DNA from: a virus
Lineage: Duplodnaviria; Caudoviricetes
Virus record (IMG/VR): IMGVR_UViG_3300021387_000075
Length of the DNA: 64,000 nt
Reading direction: 5' to 3' (one strand)
Below are positions 23,427-35,500 of this stretch, piece by piece (positions within the stretch are counted from its first letter, which is position 1; every line of letters starts with the position of its first letter). The position numbers were made by a program, and so were the translations under genes. The notes beneath the pieces were generated by a model that saw only the letters and a list, made by a program, of their open reading frames with translations, was not told where the DNA came from and ran no database searches.

Positions 23427-25184
23427 TTAAATAACTTCTGTACTGTTGCCACAGTCTAGAATAACATATGTATCTGCCGTTTGTAATAAGCTACTAATAT
23501 TTCCTGTTACCGCTATATGCGATAACTATAACTTTTTATTAATCTATTCTACTTCCTATTTTCCATTTCCAAGAGGTACTTGCGCGCCTTCGAGAACATT
23601 TAAATTTAAAGCCGCCTAATCTAATACTATTCTTACTTCCTTATTAGCGTTAGGCGCCCATTCAACGTTGTTTAAGAAAATAGCCTCAATTTTATTTTCA
23701 TGCTCAGTATGAGGATCAGAAACAATATTTATTACCTTATTTTCATCAGGAACAAGCTCTTCTCCGTCATACTTAATTTTTTCAATTTTATTAACTTGCG
23801 CTTCTGCTTGAATTCCTTCTAACTTCGCGCGCGAACTATCATCAAATTCTTTTATCTATAAATCTACTGCACGATCTAAATTATTTACTGTAGCAGGAGG
23901 AACTTCATTACCATTCACTAGAATATGTTCAATAGAATTGCGTTGCGCTCCTTCTTCTATTTCATCAAGCTTTTGCTTTAATTCATCAGTAAAATCATTA
24001 GAGGTTAAAGATTTTCCTTCTACTTTATCTACTTTAGTACTAAAAGTAGTATCTAATCCTGCAATTTTGCTCTGCTAAATTTCTGCTTCGGCATCAATAT
24101 CTGCATCACGAATACTACCTTTAATAGCATAGCTGCCTTCGTCGCCTAGTAAGCGCCAATTGCTCCCAGTCCAAACATATTCTTTCTGTTCGGATAAAAT
24201 TACATCTCCTGGCTACGCCTAAGAAAATAAATAACCACCAATACGAGGATCAATACTGCTATTATTAGTAATTACAACACTTGCTTCGCCAATAAAATGC
24301 ATTGCCCCAGTAATTCCAGAAGTTGCATTATCAACATACGCTTTAATTACTGAATTAGGAACTAAATAATTATTAGAAGCAATGCTGTCTGCAATAGGAA
24401 TTAACCTAACCGCATCCGTACCATTACCAACTAAAACGCTATCCTCTGTTAAGGATGAACGCCCTGTTCCACCCTAGCTCACTGCAGCAACGCCAGTTAA
24501 GTCTTCAAATGTTGGGCGAGCACGCTCTACACTAACCTATCCATTCTCCTAGACAACGGCTGTAACAAACTAATGTTCTCGCGCGACATCTGCGTTCTAA
24601 ATTAAACTTAATATATACTGTACTTGTACATATACACGATTTAGTAAGGTAGGATAATCTTCTATATTATTGCGCCCAATCCAATTAACAACAGCAGTTA
24701 AGTCACTTAAATCAATATAATTACTAGTGTCTAAAATCCAAGGTGAATCTTCATTATTTTCTTTATAACGCAGATAATATTTATCTATATTTTCATCAGT
24801 ACCCCGTGTAAGCTAATAAATTCGCGGCGCGATATTAACATCCACATCGCCGCCAACTAAATTTTCTACGAAACTTTGTAGTCCTTCAATTTCCTACGCA
24901 CTATATGATGGCTTATAGGATGCTTTCGCCCAATTATATACATCTGCGGCGATTGCCTACACCCATGGTAATTCACTAAAATAGTGCGTACCATCACCTA
25001 TTTTAATACCAATAGCAGGAGGCGTGTTTTCTGGCCTACCGTTAGAAAGAGTTTCTATAATACGATTGTTGGGGAAAGCGCATATAGCGGCTTCCCCTTG
25101 CATCAGAATAACATCACTATTCATCCACTAGCTATAAGTACCATATCGTAGCTATATTTTAGTTTCTAGTATATGATCCGCCAT
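23427..25184 (-). CDS. tail protein with Mtd N-terminal-like domain (TAG recoded, 585 aa)
   Basis: MADHILETKI*LRYGTYS*W..IKIGDG..LPW; KGLTSNDFTDELKQKL motif; absent from the standard-code ORF track. Confidence 0.75.
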
Positions 25185-25201
25185 TGCGCTTCACCTCCTT
25201 A

Positions 25202-25927
25202 TTATGCAGTACCTCCATAAATAACTAATGTATCTCCAGTAGGTACATATAACTTGGAGGTTGAAACTTGATCAAAAGTCATAAAACCAGTATTCTAAAC
25301 TATTATGTAGTCCTGATCGGTCATTACCTTACCTTCTTGGTCCAAGGGTGCAGATTTAACTCCACCTAAACGGACGTTTGTAGCTACTTCTAAAGTAAAA
25401 GTACCAGAACCATCACCTGTTGCGCCAACCATATCCCAAGCGCCATTAATGACCATATATTCATCGTAGTGCGTACCATCAGAAGCAAGCATCATATATA
25501 ATGTATTTTCATCTGCTTCTGCGGCAGGCGGCAATTCCTCAACTACTGCGCGCCTTAAGTGATTCGCGGCAAGAATCTAATCATCTACATATTGCTTATT
25601 AACAGCATCAGTAGGATTAACTGGTGGATCGGTAATTGTTAAATGTTCAATTGCATCTCCTGCAATTGCAGATATTACTTCTAGATTTTCAGTAAACTCA
25701 TCGCTGAAGGTTAAGGAGCCATCCGCAAGAAGTTTAAAATAGCGAGTGTCTAGTTTATTTAAATAGGGCAAATGGGCCCAATCTCGCACACCATCGCCTA
25801 TTTTTAATAAGAAGGTATCAGACTCAAGGCCATATTCACCCGCAGCAAGGACCGGATTTCTAGTAAGCCAATCCTATGCTTCATCATGCCTAATTTGTAA
25901 AGTAACTTTTACTGTATTGGTTGCCAT
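25202..25927 (-). CDS. tail protein with Mtd N-terminal-like domain (TAG recoded)
   Basis: LQIRHDEA*DW..NPVLAAGEYG..KIGDG..LPY; joins ORFs 25577 and 25295. Confidence 0.75.
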
Positions 25928-26397
25928 CAAGCCTCACCTCCATTTACAATTGTTTCTGCAATTAACATTGCATTTACTGGTATATATTCATTATCCCAAT
26001 AATATAAGATCTTTTCATTAAGATCAAAATATAGCATATCTTGTTTTCCAGTAGCAGGAAATTTATCAAAGGTATCAAATAAAATTTCTTTTCTGTTGGT
26101 TTCAAGATATGAGCCAAAATATTTATAAAATTCTTCGCGGCTGCCTGTATATCCACTTCCTGCGGCGAAAGCAAATAGCCAATCGCCCATAATCGCCAAA
26201 TTCTACATTTCCCAAGGATAGATTTGCGCGATAGCTGATGGATCGGGAAATGGTGGCATTAAGGCGCCACTATCATTATTATTTCCCCAAGGATAAACCA
26301 TTGCAAGCCCTCCGGCGCGAGGGTGCAATGGCATTATAGAGGGCTCGTATTCGAGTAAAAGATCTCTTGTTCTATGCCGTGTGTCTATATATCTCAT
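25927..26397 (-). CDS. hypothetical structural-region protein (TAG recoded)
   Basis: ORFs 26203-26397 and 25927-26199 in frame across one TAG. Confidence 0.7.
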
Positions 26398-26753
26398 GCG
26401 AATTCCCTCACTTCACAGGTTGGAAGAGAGAATGCGGAATAGTAGGAATTTATTGATACTCCATCAATGGGGATTCCATTTTCATCAGATTTAGATGGCT
26501 CATGAAAAATTTTAACATCCCACTAATACCGATCACTTGGTTCAATTTCTATTGTATCCGCGCGCGTGAAATTGAAGTTTAATTCATTTCCCTCAACCGT
26601 CTATGATATTGATTTTAATACTTCCCTTGTTAACGGATCATATATATAAAAGACTGCAACATCCCCTTGCTCTGTCCCGGGAAGTAAAGGAAGAGTAAAT
26701 GTCCCCGTATCGCCGCGTGGTATAATTAGACGTCGCTATATTACTCTAATCAT
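26394..26753 (-). CDS. putative baseplate/upper-tail protein (TAG recoded)
   Basis: MIRVI*RRLIIPRGDTGTF, resembling BppU N-terminal-type proteins. Confidence 0.55.
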
Positions 26754-26765
26754 ATTATCACCGCC

Positions 26766-27302
26766 TTATTTGTATTTCTTATGCAGGTTTTCTGATATTG
26801 TAAGTACACTTCCAATATCATAACCTAATGTTTCTAACTTTATCCATTTCTTTTCGGCCCAAACTAACTCCTCATCTACATCGCAAATGAGGCATTCAAT
26901 TTCTAATGCGGCCGCAACCTCGCCAATGGAACAAAGTTCCTATCTCATAGCCTAATATAAAACCTTAGTTTCTTTTTCCCAATTTACCCATTTAGTCATT
27001 AGTTCTTTTACCGCATTGCGCTTAGTGCCAATATCAACATCAGGTGTCGTATATTTATACCAACTATCTGGTATTATTTGCGGCTAATCTAACTTATTCA
27101 ACTAAATTAATTTATGATAATGTGTTGCATAGTAATGAGAAAGCTTCCTATAATTCTTAGTCTCGCAAATATGATGATAATCATGACATCGTGCGAAACC
27201 GCTTAAGCCTAGGAAATCATATGCTTTAGCCATATCATCATGATACATGATACCTTCTACCATATGCGAAGCGAGCTTATTAAAAATCTCTTCAACTGTC
27301 AT
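26766..27302 (-). CDS. conserved phage protein, possibly ferritin-like helical bundle (TAG recoded)
   Basis: HMVEGIMYH..GF..CHDYH motif; extends to TAA at 26766. Confidence 0.65.
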
Positions 27303-27319
27303 GATATGTCCTCCACTTA

Positions 27320-27733
27320 TTAACGGATTTGGGTTATAACCACATTAATATGGGCGTCTGTTAGAGCAGTATCTCCATTCATAAATGTTAAAGTCGTTGG
27401 AGTAGTAAGATAATTACAATTACAATTATTTTCTAATACGCGGACAAAAGTCTTAAAGCCAAAAGTACGAGTATCGGTTACTGCGGCAGGAACAAATGTA
27501 GTAATAGCCTGTGGTTGCGCTACATTGTTAACTTGTAGCTAAACTGATACCTCAGTCGCAGCGTCTGGCGTAGCAAAGCCATCCATTTCTACTAGATAAA
27601 TTCCACGCTTTTCAAGCGCAATAGTAGATGGGCTGCTTAGACGCTCGCCGCATCCTTTATCTACAACTACGTTGTTAAAGACAAATGGAGCATTAGCTTC
27701 AACAGCTAAGTTACTAGAATATACTTGTAACAT
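27320..27733 (-). CDS. hypothetical protein (TAG recoded)
   Basis: 137 aa in code 15 with GGAGG RBS. Confidence 0.7.
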
Positions 27734-27825
27734 TGGACATTACCTCCGTTAATAAAAAAATAAGGGCGTACTAATAGTACGCCCATTAAATCGTATATTA
27801 TGGTGTACTATATACACTCTTAAAA

Positions 27826-28458
27826 TTACATATTACACCCGCCACAGAAAGGAGAATTTCCGGCGTTATAGGTCCAACCATTGGGATAACGGACTACTCC
27901 TTGTAGCTGATTTTGAAGCTCTAGCTGATTAATACGATTCTGCATAGCTTCCATCTTGTCGTCCTTAATCATGTCTTTTAGACTCTGGATCTAAGCAGTG
28001 AAGTTTGCATTGGTAGCAGCATCGCGCATTGCGGCATCATAGTTATTCTGCATTAGCTGCGCGCGTAAGTTGCAGCAACATTCGTTCTGATTAGCTAATA
28101 AATTAGCCTGTCCAACTTGTAGAGCAGCGATATCACGTTGAAGTTCACCATACTTATCATAGATACCAGCCATAATGTCATGATATACCTGATTAGTAGT
28201 AGCTACGGCCTGAGAAGTGCCATAATTAATGGCGTTCATGATATCACGATTCTGATCCTGAAGATCATTAAAGTTGAAACCATTCTGTACGAAATCTTGA
28301 GTAGCGTATTGAGGACGATAACCGCCGCCAAATCCAAATCCGCCGCCCATCATTGCTAAAATAGCAAAGAGCCAAATCATTCCGCCCCAGCCATTTCCGC
28401 CCATGCCATCGTTATTGAGTAGAGCTACATCAGAAGCTGTTAATCCATTTTCTCCCAT
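27826..28458 (-). CDS. conserved Gly-rich/coiled-coil phage protein (TAG recoded)
   Basis: MGENGLTASDVALL..WLFAIL..ECCC; ends at TAA 27826. Confidence 0.75.
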
Positions 28459-28700
28459 GATACACCATCCTCCTTTTAAATTATTTTTGTAAAATGATGT
28501 TATAAAGGGATTTGATGAGAAACTTCCCATCAAAAATAAAGTGGGAGTATAATGAAAAGTTTTAGATAGTTTCTCTCAGGAGGTAAAAAAAATAAGTGCG
28601 AATTTTATTCGCACTTAAAATTAAGCAGTTCGCTTAAAAGAAAATTTATTACACAATGAATCTAGCATTAATATATGGAGTATCCATATCATAATACCAA

Positions 28701-28985
28701 TTATTGAAAATTGATAGATAATAAAATATCAATATGATCATCTACTAAATTTTCATTAATAGATACAAGATTAGCCTAAATACTCTTTAAATCATAAATT
28801 ACATCTTCATTATGTATAATTTGTATTTCAGTAATACCGCTTAGTCCAATATTCTATAATCCAGTTATATCAGTTGTAACCACCTAACAATTACAAGTAC
28901 CAGTCATTGTGTTTTCACTAAAATTAGTGTACTTATTGAAGCTAATTACTTCACACTGGAAGTCATTTAATTTTAAATAATTCAT
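28701..28985 (-). CDS. hypothetical protein (TAG recoded)
   Basis: 94 aa in code 15 with GGAGG RBS. Confidence 0.6.
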
Positions 28986-28986
28986 A

Positions 28987-29283
28987 TTATCCTCCTTGAA
29001 GCTTATTCATAAGCTCACTTAAATTAATTCCATTATCACGCGCCATTTGCCTAGCAACACCTTCCAGTCCATTCGGATTCATCTTCATCATTGCGGCAAT
29101 TTGCGCGAATTGTGGGTTATTTTGTATCATTTGCTTCAACATAGCTTCCTTATTAGAAGCCATCTATAACTATTGCATCATCATGCGTGCTTGTGCCGTT
29201 GCTTGGTCAAGTTGCGGTGTCCACCCCGACTGTTGCTGGGGCATTGGTGCTCCGTTTCGCATTTGATTTATTAGATTTGGCAT
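28987..29283 (-). CDS. Gln/Met-rich hypothetical protein (TAG recoded)
   Basis: 98 aa in code 15 with GGAGG RBS. Confidence 0.65.
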
Positions 29284-29623
29284 TTATCCATTCCTCCACG
29301 GCCGCGAGACGTGCGGCTAAATCGTTAGTATCTACTGGCTACGGCTTCTAATGTAAGCTAATATCAAAGCCAGTTATTGTTTTATTGCCATGCATATCAG
29401 TCCGAATCCACCATACCATATCTTCTATGGCATCTGGCAACCAAATTTCACTATTTGGGCCCATAGGAAATTGCCATGCGGCATTTTCACCTTGAAGTGG
29501 ATCTGCTTTATAAACGGGCAAACGGCTTGGTTGCCATTGCTATTGATATGGACTAAAATTAATACCGCCCATCTGGTATTGATTCTAATTCTAATTCTAA
29601 TTCTAATTTACAAAACTATTCAT
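29207..29623 (-). CDS. hypothetical protein with N-terminal Asn-Gln repeat (TAG recoded)
   Basis: AAT-TAG x4 followed by AAT-CAA; GENAAWQFPMGPNS motif. Confidence 0.7.
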
Positions 29624-29626
29624 TGT

Positions 29627-29887
29627 TTAATCCTCCAACTTGTCTAGTATTTGTAAAATATCTTTTAACTTATATTTAAGTTCAGATAAATCTGTTTTAG
29701 CCTGTTCAACTAAAAACTTTGACATCATCCATCCAGTCTGCTATCCATTTATTTTAATTTCAGACCATTCCCCATCCTCTTTTAGAACATCTACAATTGT
29801 GCCCTATTTAATAGAATCAATGATGCGCCCGTTAGGATGCTCGCGCAACCTAACGGGACTATTGTTATCAGCCTTCACTATCTTCAT
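29627..29887 (-). CDS. SH3b-domain protein (TAG recoded)
   Basis: VRLREHP..GTIVDVL..GEWSEI..TGWMMSKFL. Confidence 0.75.
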
Positions 29888-30194
29888 TTTTCTTTTCCTT
29901 GTTCATTTCGTATACTTGCTCTTCAATGGTCGCGCTTACAACGTCTTCATCGAAAGTAAGTTTGTACTTGGCAAGTAGCTGTTTAACTAAATCCATAGCA
30001 TAGGTTTTCTTATCCTTACCTGTGGTCAATTCAATAATCTATTCCGCGGCAGAAACTGCAATGCGAGAGAACTGACGCAACATTTGAAGTTGTTCTGGGT
30101 CTAGTTTAGACGCGATCCAAGGACGAATTACGCCCACATAAATACCGCCAAGCATGATTACGAATCCAATTATAATCCAAGTTACATCTGTCAT
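29868..30194 (-). CDS. holin, LL-H family-like (TAG recoded)
   Basis: N-terminal transmembrane helix; AVSAAE*I..GKDKK..IEEQV; next to the endolysin. Confidence 0.75.
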
Positions 30195-30251
30195 ATTCGT
30201 AACCTCCTTTTTTCTTTTATTATATCACATTTTATTGTAATTGTCAAATAT

Positions 30252-31046
30252 TTAAGTTATATCAAGAAACTTCGTCATCATATATCCTGATTTACCCTGA
30301 TAAGTTACACGAGTCCATTCTCCCTCAATAACCTAAACACGTTGTCCTTTATCTACGCGGGTAAGTATCGTAGCAGTAGTTGAAGGTGCAGAACGTAATG
30401 CTACTTTTGTAGCATTTACTAAGGCACTACCAATATTAACGGAGCTTTCTTTCTCTTCTGCGGGCGTTTGTGCGGGAGTATCCTTAGAACTGGCGCTATA
30501 ATTTACACCTTTAAGTTCGCCCCATTCACACCATTTTTTATTTGTAATATCAGAAGTAATTACACCCACCTAAGTACCAGATGCTTCTATTACTTTTCCA
30601 TTTCCAATATAAAGTCCTACATGGGAACGGTCAGATGTGCCTTTTAAAACAAATACGGCTGTACCTGGTTTTAATTCTTTTCCATCTGAGCGTTTTCCGC
30701 CTACTAATTTACCCTAAGCAGTACAATATTTATCCCACATTGTATTACTACCATGATACATAAAACCGCCTAGTTCTTTAAAAGACCAAGTAAATAATCC
30801 GGAACAGTCAGTTACATAATGTCCAACCCACTTAGAGCCATATCGTGCGGCGGAATAATACTTACTTTTCTTCGCAGATTCATTATTCATCCAACCCTCG
30901 CCATAATTAGTCATCATGTACTATACTTTTTGATTTTGTAAAGCAGTAGTCCATTTTGTATGAGTTGCGCCTAAAATATAACCCCATTTATTATCTAGGG
31001 CGTATTGAAACTTTGCAATTAAATCAGCCGTTCTGATCTCCGACAT
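30252..31046 (-). CDS. endolysin, NlpC/P60 peptidase plus SH3b (TAG recoded, 264 aa)
   Basis: DCSGL catalytic Cys, HVGLYIGNGKVIEA His motif, C-terminal SH3b. Confidence 0.85.
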
Positions 31047-31371
31047 CTTCTTCACCTTCCTCTTCCTCTTCTGCGTTTGAGGAAGTTAATTTTGAAATTA
31101 AACTTTTAAATCCACCCTTGTCTAACCATTTTAAGACAAATTTATCACTATAAAGGTACTTTTCTCCAAGTGAATTTACTAGGTAAGTACCCTCATTTAT
31201 CATCATAATTGTGTCTAGACCCGCAATAGTAGAAACAAGCGCTTCTGCGGCAGATGGCACTAGGGCGGCCGCAATGATTACAGAAAAACGGTACAATGCC
31301 CATACCCAACATATAAATTTACTAAGCCGCTTGCTATACTATAATGCTGCGGCCGCAACCTTACCTGCCAT
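31024..31371 (-). CDS. membrane protein in lysis module (TAG recoded)
   Basis: ATG at 31371 with GAGG RBS; hydrophobic segments. Confidence 0.6.
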
Positions 31372-31376
31372 ATAAA

Positions 31377-31799
31377 TCACCTCAATTTATAATGGGGTTT
31401 TTCTTCCCCTAAGAATCTCCAACGAAGCCAATCGTCTAATAGTATACATAATGTAGAAAGTACAAGCCATATTAAGCAGAAAGGTAAGCTACATTGGCCC
31501 CAAAAGAATTCAAACTTTGTATATTGCCATATATTTAAGCGTAACAGAATGTTTAGAATTACGCCTGCAACAGCATCACTAAAAATTGCTACGCCCAGCC
31601 CAATAGTAGCTTGCTAAAAAATTGGCATTTCCCAATGAATTTTTCCATTAATATCTCCAATTAAAAAGCCAATAATTCCGCCAAGCGCGAAAATTGTCCA
31701 ATGCGCTGGCGCACCTTTCCAAATACTTTCTAGTCCATAATAAATTAAACCAAATATGATAAATAAAATTAAGTTTTTAATAAAAATCTTAAGTTTCAT
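31377..31799 (-). CDS. multi-pass membrane protein, putative ABC-permease-like family (TAG recoded)
   Basis: YYGLE..W..HWT..LGG..LNIWQY..GQCSLPF. Confidence 0.7.
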
Positions 31800-32527
31800 T
31801 AGCCAATCACCTTCAATACTTCAGTTTTATATTCGTCAGGAATTGGAGTACCATAAGTAATTGCGGAAATTTCCTCTATTGTTTCAAGGGAATTAATATA
31901 TGCTTTTAATGCATTGTAATATGTGGTATGGTAAATTTTATGATTATTCATTGCGGCAATAATTGTATTGATTTCAGCCGCGGTATAATAAATACATTGT
32001 TCTCCATCGGCATGGTATGGAATAATATCAGAGGTTTGTGCCATTGTACTTAGACTCATTAGATTAAGTTGATCCTAAGTTGTAAATGAGAAATGGCGTT
32101 TTTCTCCTTTGACTTCAATATCAACACCGTTTTCTATGGCTTTGCGGCATTCATAGGACATTTCGGAAAGTTTGGATTGACGTACAAAATCTATAGTCCC
32201 GTCATCCGGAATTAATGGTTCTTCATTATAATTCGGCCATTCAGTATCTTCTTCATCAATAATAACTTCATCATGCTAAATTGCTTGCATGAAAATATTA
32301 TATTCCTCTTCAGTAATTGCTGTTACCTAAACTTGAATATAATTTTCGGGCAGTTTTGTTGGAGACATCCAAGTGTCTCGATATAGTTTATTCTAAAATG
32401 AAATATATTCACCATGTTCTTCAGTCGTATGCAAATAACAATCTACTACAGGAGAATAGTAAATAAAGTCATTAGAACTTGCCGCCCCTACTATTTGTTG
32501 ATCTTTAATTAATTTAAAATATTTCAT
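31799..32527 (-). CDS. DUF4376-like tail-region protein (TAG recoded)
   Basis: HFSFTT*DQLNL..PYHADGEQC..YHTTYYNALK..ITYG. Confidence 0.7.
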
Positions 32528-32575
32528 TTAAATACCTCCAAAAAGGAGGCAACATTGCTGTTGCCTCCTATTATA

Positions 32576-35500
32576 TTAGATTGCGATTGTATACATAATA
32601 TTTAAACCGTTAGCGCTAGCGCCAGCGCCATTAACTGCTGCTGTTTCGACTTCACCATATTCATTAACATAAGCAAAATTTTCAGCATTGCTACCAGCAA
32701 TTGCAGAACGTGTCCAATAGTCTTCTGCGCGAACCCAACCACCGCGTAAACTACTATTACTAAGATTGCTTGTATTAAATTTCGCATAATCTCCAGTAGT
32801 AGGCATAATCTATATACCTAGTGCCTGTATTTCACTATTTAATACATAAATGTAAGCTTGATTAAAAGTATCAATATAAATATCTCCACTTCTAATTTCA
32901 CCAGTACTAGCAATACTACTAGCAATTTGTACGTTTGATGGAATTTGAGTACTATATTCTCTGAAGACACGCATTTTGTTCGATCCGCTCCAAGTTAATG
33001 CTTTAAATGGACTACGAATATTCATATAATAAGAATTATTATCGCTTGAATTCTAAGTCCATCCGCCAGAAGAGGAATAAGTATATGCAACAACATTATT
33101 ATTTAACCATGGGAAGTTTCCATCTTCACGTTGAATATAAGCCGAGACCTTATTTGTTAAATTACCGGCGCTATACTAGAATACATAATCTTTTCCAATT
33201 AATGCAGAAGTATCATTTAATGTATAACTTTGACTACCACTATTTTGATCATATGAATACATTACTTGAGTATAAGAAATATTCGGCTAGCACATAATTG
33301 CTTGAATCTTAGTTGGAAGTCCAGCAAAAATTCGTTTATTACATAAAGTTCTTGCTACTGAATAATCTCTTGCACTAAAGTTAGTAATTCCCTATACTCT
33401 CGCTTGTGCAATTTTAATATGAGAAGAAGCGGTTAAGGCAGATAAATAAATTGAAGGAGATACAGCCGCGGTAGAAGAAACTCGTGTAGTACTGGTGCTA
33501 CTATTCTTTAGTTGAGAAATAGCATATGTAATAGTTTCATGCGGCCAGGCCGCTAAACGTTTACATTCTCCTACACCTAAATCTTCAGGCCAATATTTAG
33601 CCCAGAAAATAGTTCCTTTACCATTAACTACAGTATTGGGAATATCATCAGTACTATCTGTTACCTCACTTGTGAGTCGCCCAAAGTTTAAATAAGCATT
33701 AGAGTTATAATTAGACCACTCTGGCGTTTCGACTACTATATTTTCAGGAGTATTAAGATTTCCATTTAATCCTGAATAGATATAAAGTTGATTACTTCCT
33801 TTGGGGTGACGTAATACGATTATATTGCGCTATCCTAAATTAGTAGTATTTCCTACTATTCTAGATTGATTTGCTTGACTATACATATCTCCCCAGCCAA
33901 CACGTAATCCATATATAGAACTATTCAAACCATAGAATAAACTTAAACCATTACGAATACCTTCAGTAGTAGAGCCATAGTATACACTAGCTAATACCGC
34001 AAAAGATGCATTACTGCTATATGTAGCGTTAGGATTAAAGCAGTAGTCGATGGCTAATGTAAAGGCATCATTACCAGATTTTAATGGTTGAATTAATGGA
34101 CGTCCATTGGTACCATCAAAAGCAAAACTATTATCAGTGGCACTATCGAGGCGTAATGGATTACCACTAACTAAAGTAATTCCTTCTGCTATACTATCAT
34201 GTCCCATTGTATAAGTAACTCTCTTGCCTGCGGCAATTTTTTTATCAATGCCATATGTTGACTTACTGCCAGAATCCAATGCTGATAATACCAATAATTG
34301 TACTGGGGTTAAGTTATCTAAGTTATCAGCATTAAATAGATCATCTATTACTACAGTGCCAGTATCATAGGTCGCATAAATATTATATGTTTCATCTTTG
34401 GCTGATGGCGTAATATTTGTTGGTAATTTTTCCCATCCATTAAATATAGAATAAGTAGCTTGCCCTTCATTGATATTAATTGTACAAGTTGTCTGCCCTG
34501 CATCATGAATTTCAGCTACTGTTGGAGCTTCTAACTCGTATCCTTCTCCATAAGCTACGGGCGCAATGCTAGTTTTTACTGGAGTTGAATCATTTTTATT
34601 CATAAACCATTTTACATAGTATTCTCTAGCTACCGTATTAAAGTGAGTTTCAATTACCGTATTCTAACGGATAACTGGAGTACCCGCTTCATATAGCGAA
34701 GTTGTAGAACCTGCTAATTGCCAACCAGAATATGGAATATATTTATCATTATTAAGAGCATCAGTACTACCAAATTCGTATGAAACTCTAACAGTAGCAT
34801 CACGATGTGGCATCTCAGAGAGTGTTCCATCCTCATAAATATCTGGGGCAGGTGCACCATCATTTACATACAGCTCTTTAATAATATCGCCATTTACAAT
34901 ATTACCATCATTATCTTCATAGGCATCATATTTATATGTAACCTTATGTTTTGTTTGCTTGGTTCCTGCTGATGTATCAAAAGTTAATCGCGGCCAAACA
35001 GTCATATAATTATCTCGTTCAATCTCTGACCAAGCACCAGTGACATGAATTAATCCGGTAAGATTAATACGGCTAACTGTTTCGCCAGCTTCATTCTGCA
35101 TTGTACCTAATTCATCTTTTCGATTAGCAAATGAAGCTAAGCTATTAATATCAATAATACTAGCATGGTTTAAGTTAATTAATTGTAAATTAATTAAATG
35201 AGGTAATGCTGTTGCAGCGATGTCCATCCAATTGATAGTATCTGAATAGTCACTATCATTTAGGATTATACTATTTAAGTTCGCCATACTACTCTAACCA
35301 TTCTTATCAGTAAAAGAAATCTACTTTAAGCGTTTTGCCGCGACCAATACTAAATTAGTAATAGTGGTTGGTAAATATAGATTTTCTATATTGGTGCTAC
35401 TTGGTAGACTAATAGAGGTTAATGCAGTACCTTGAGCTTTAATAGTCTTCAATGCTGTTGCACCGGATAGATTTAATGCACCAGTTAAACCATTACAATT

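Noticed and set aside
22855-25927. Diversity-generating retroelement
   Set aside because: Mtd-N-like domains are present, but I saw no reverse transcriptase or TR/VR repeat pair in the window.
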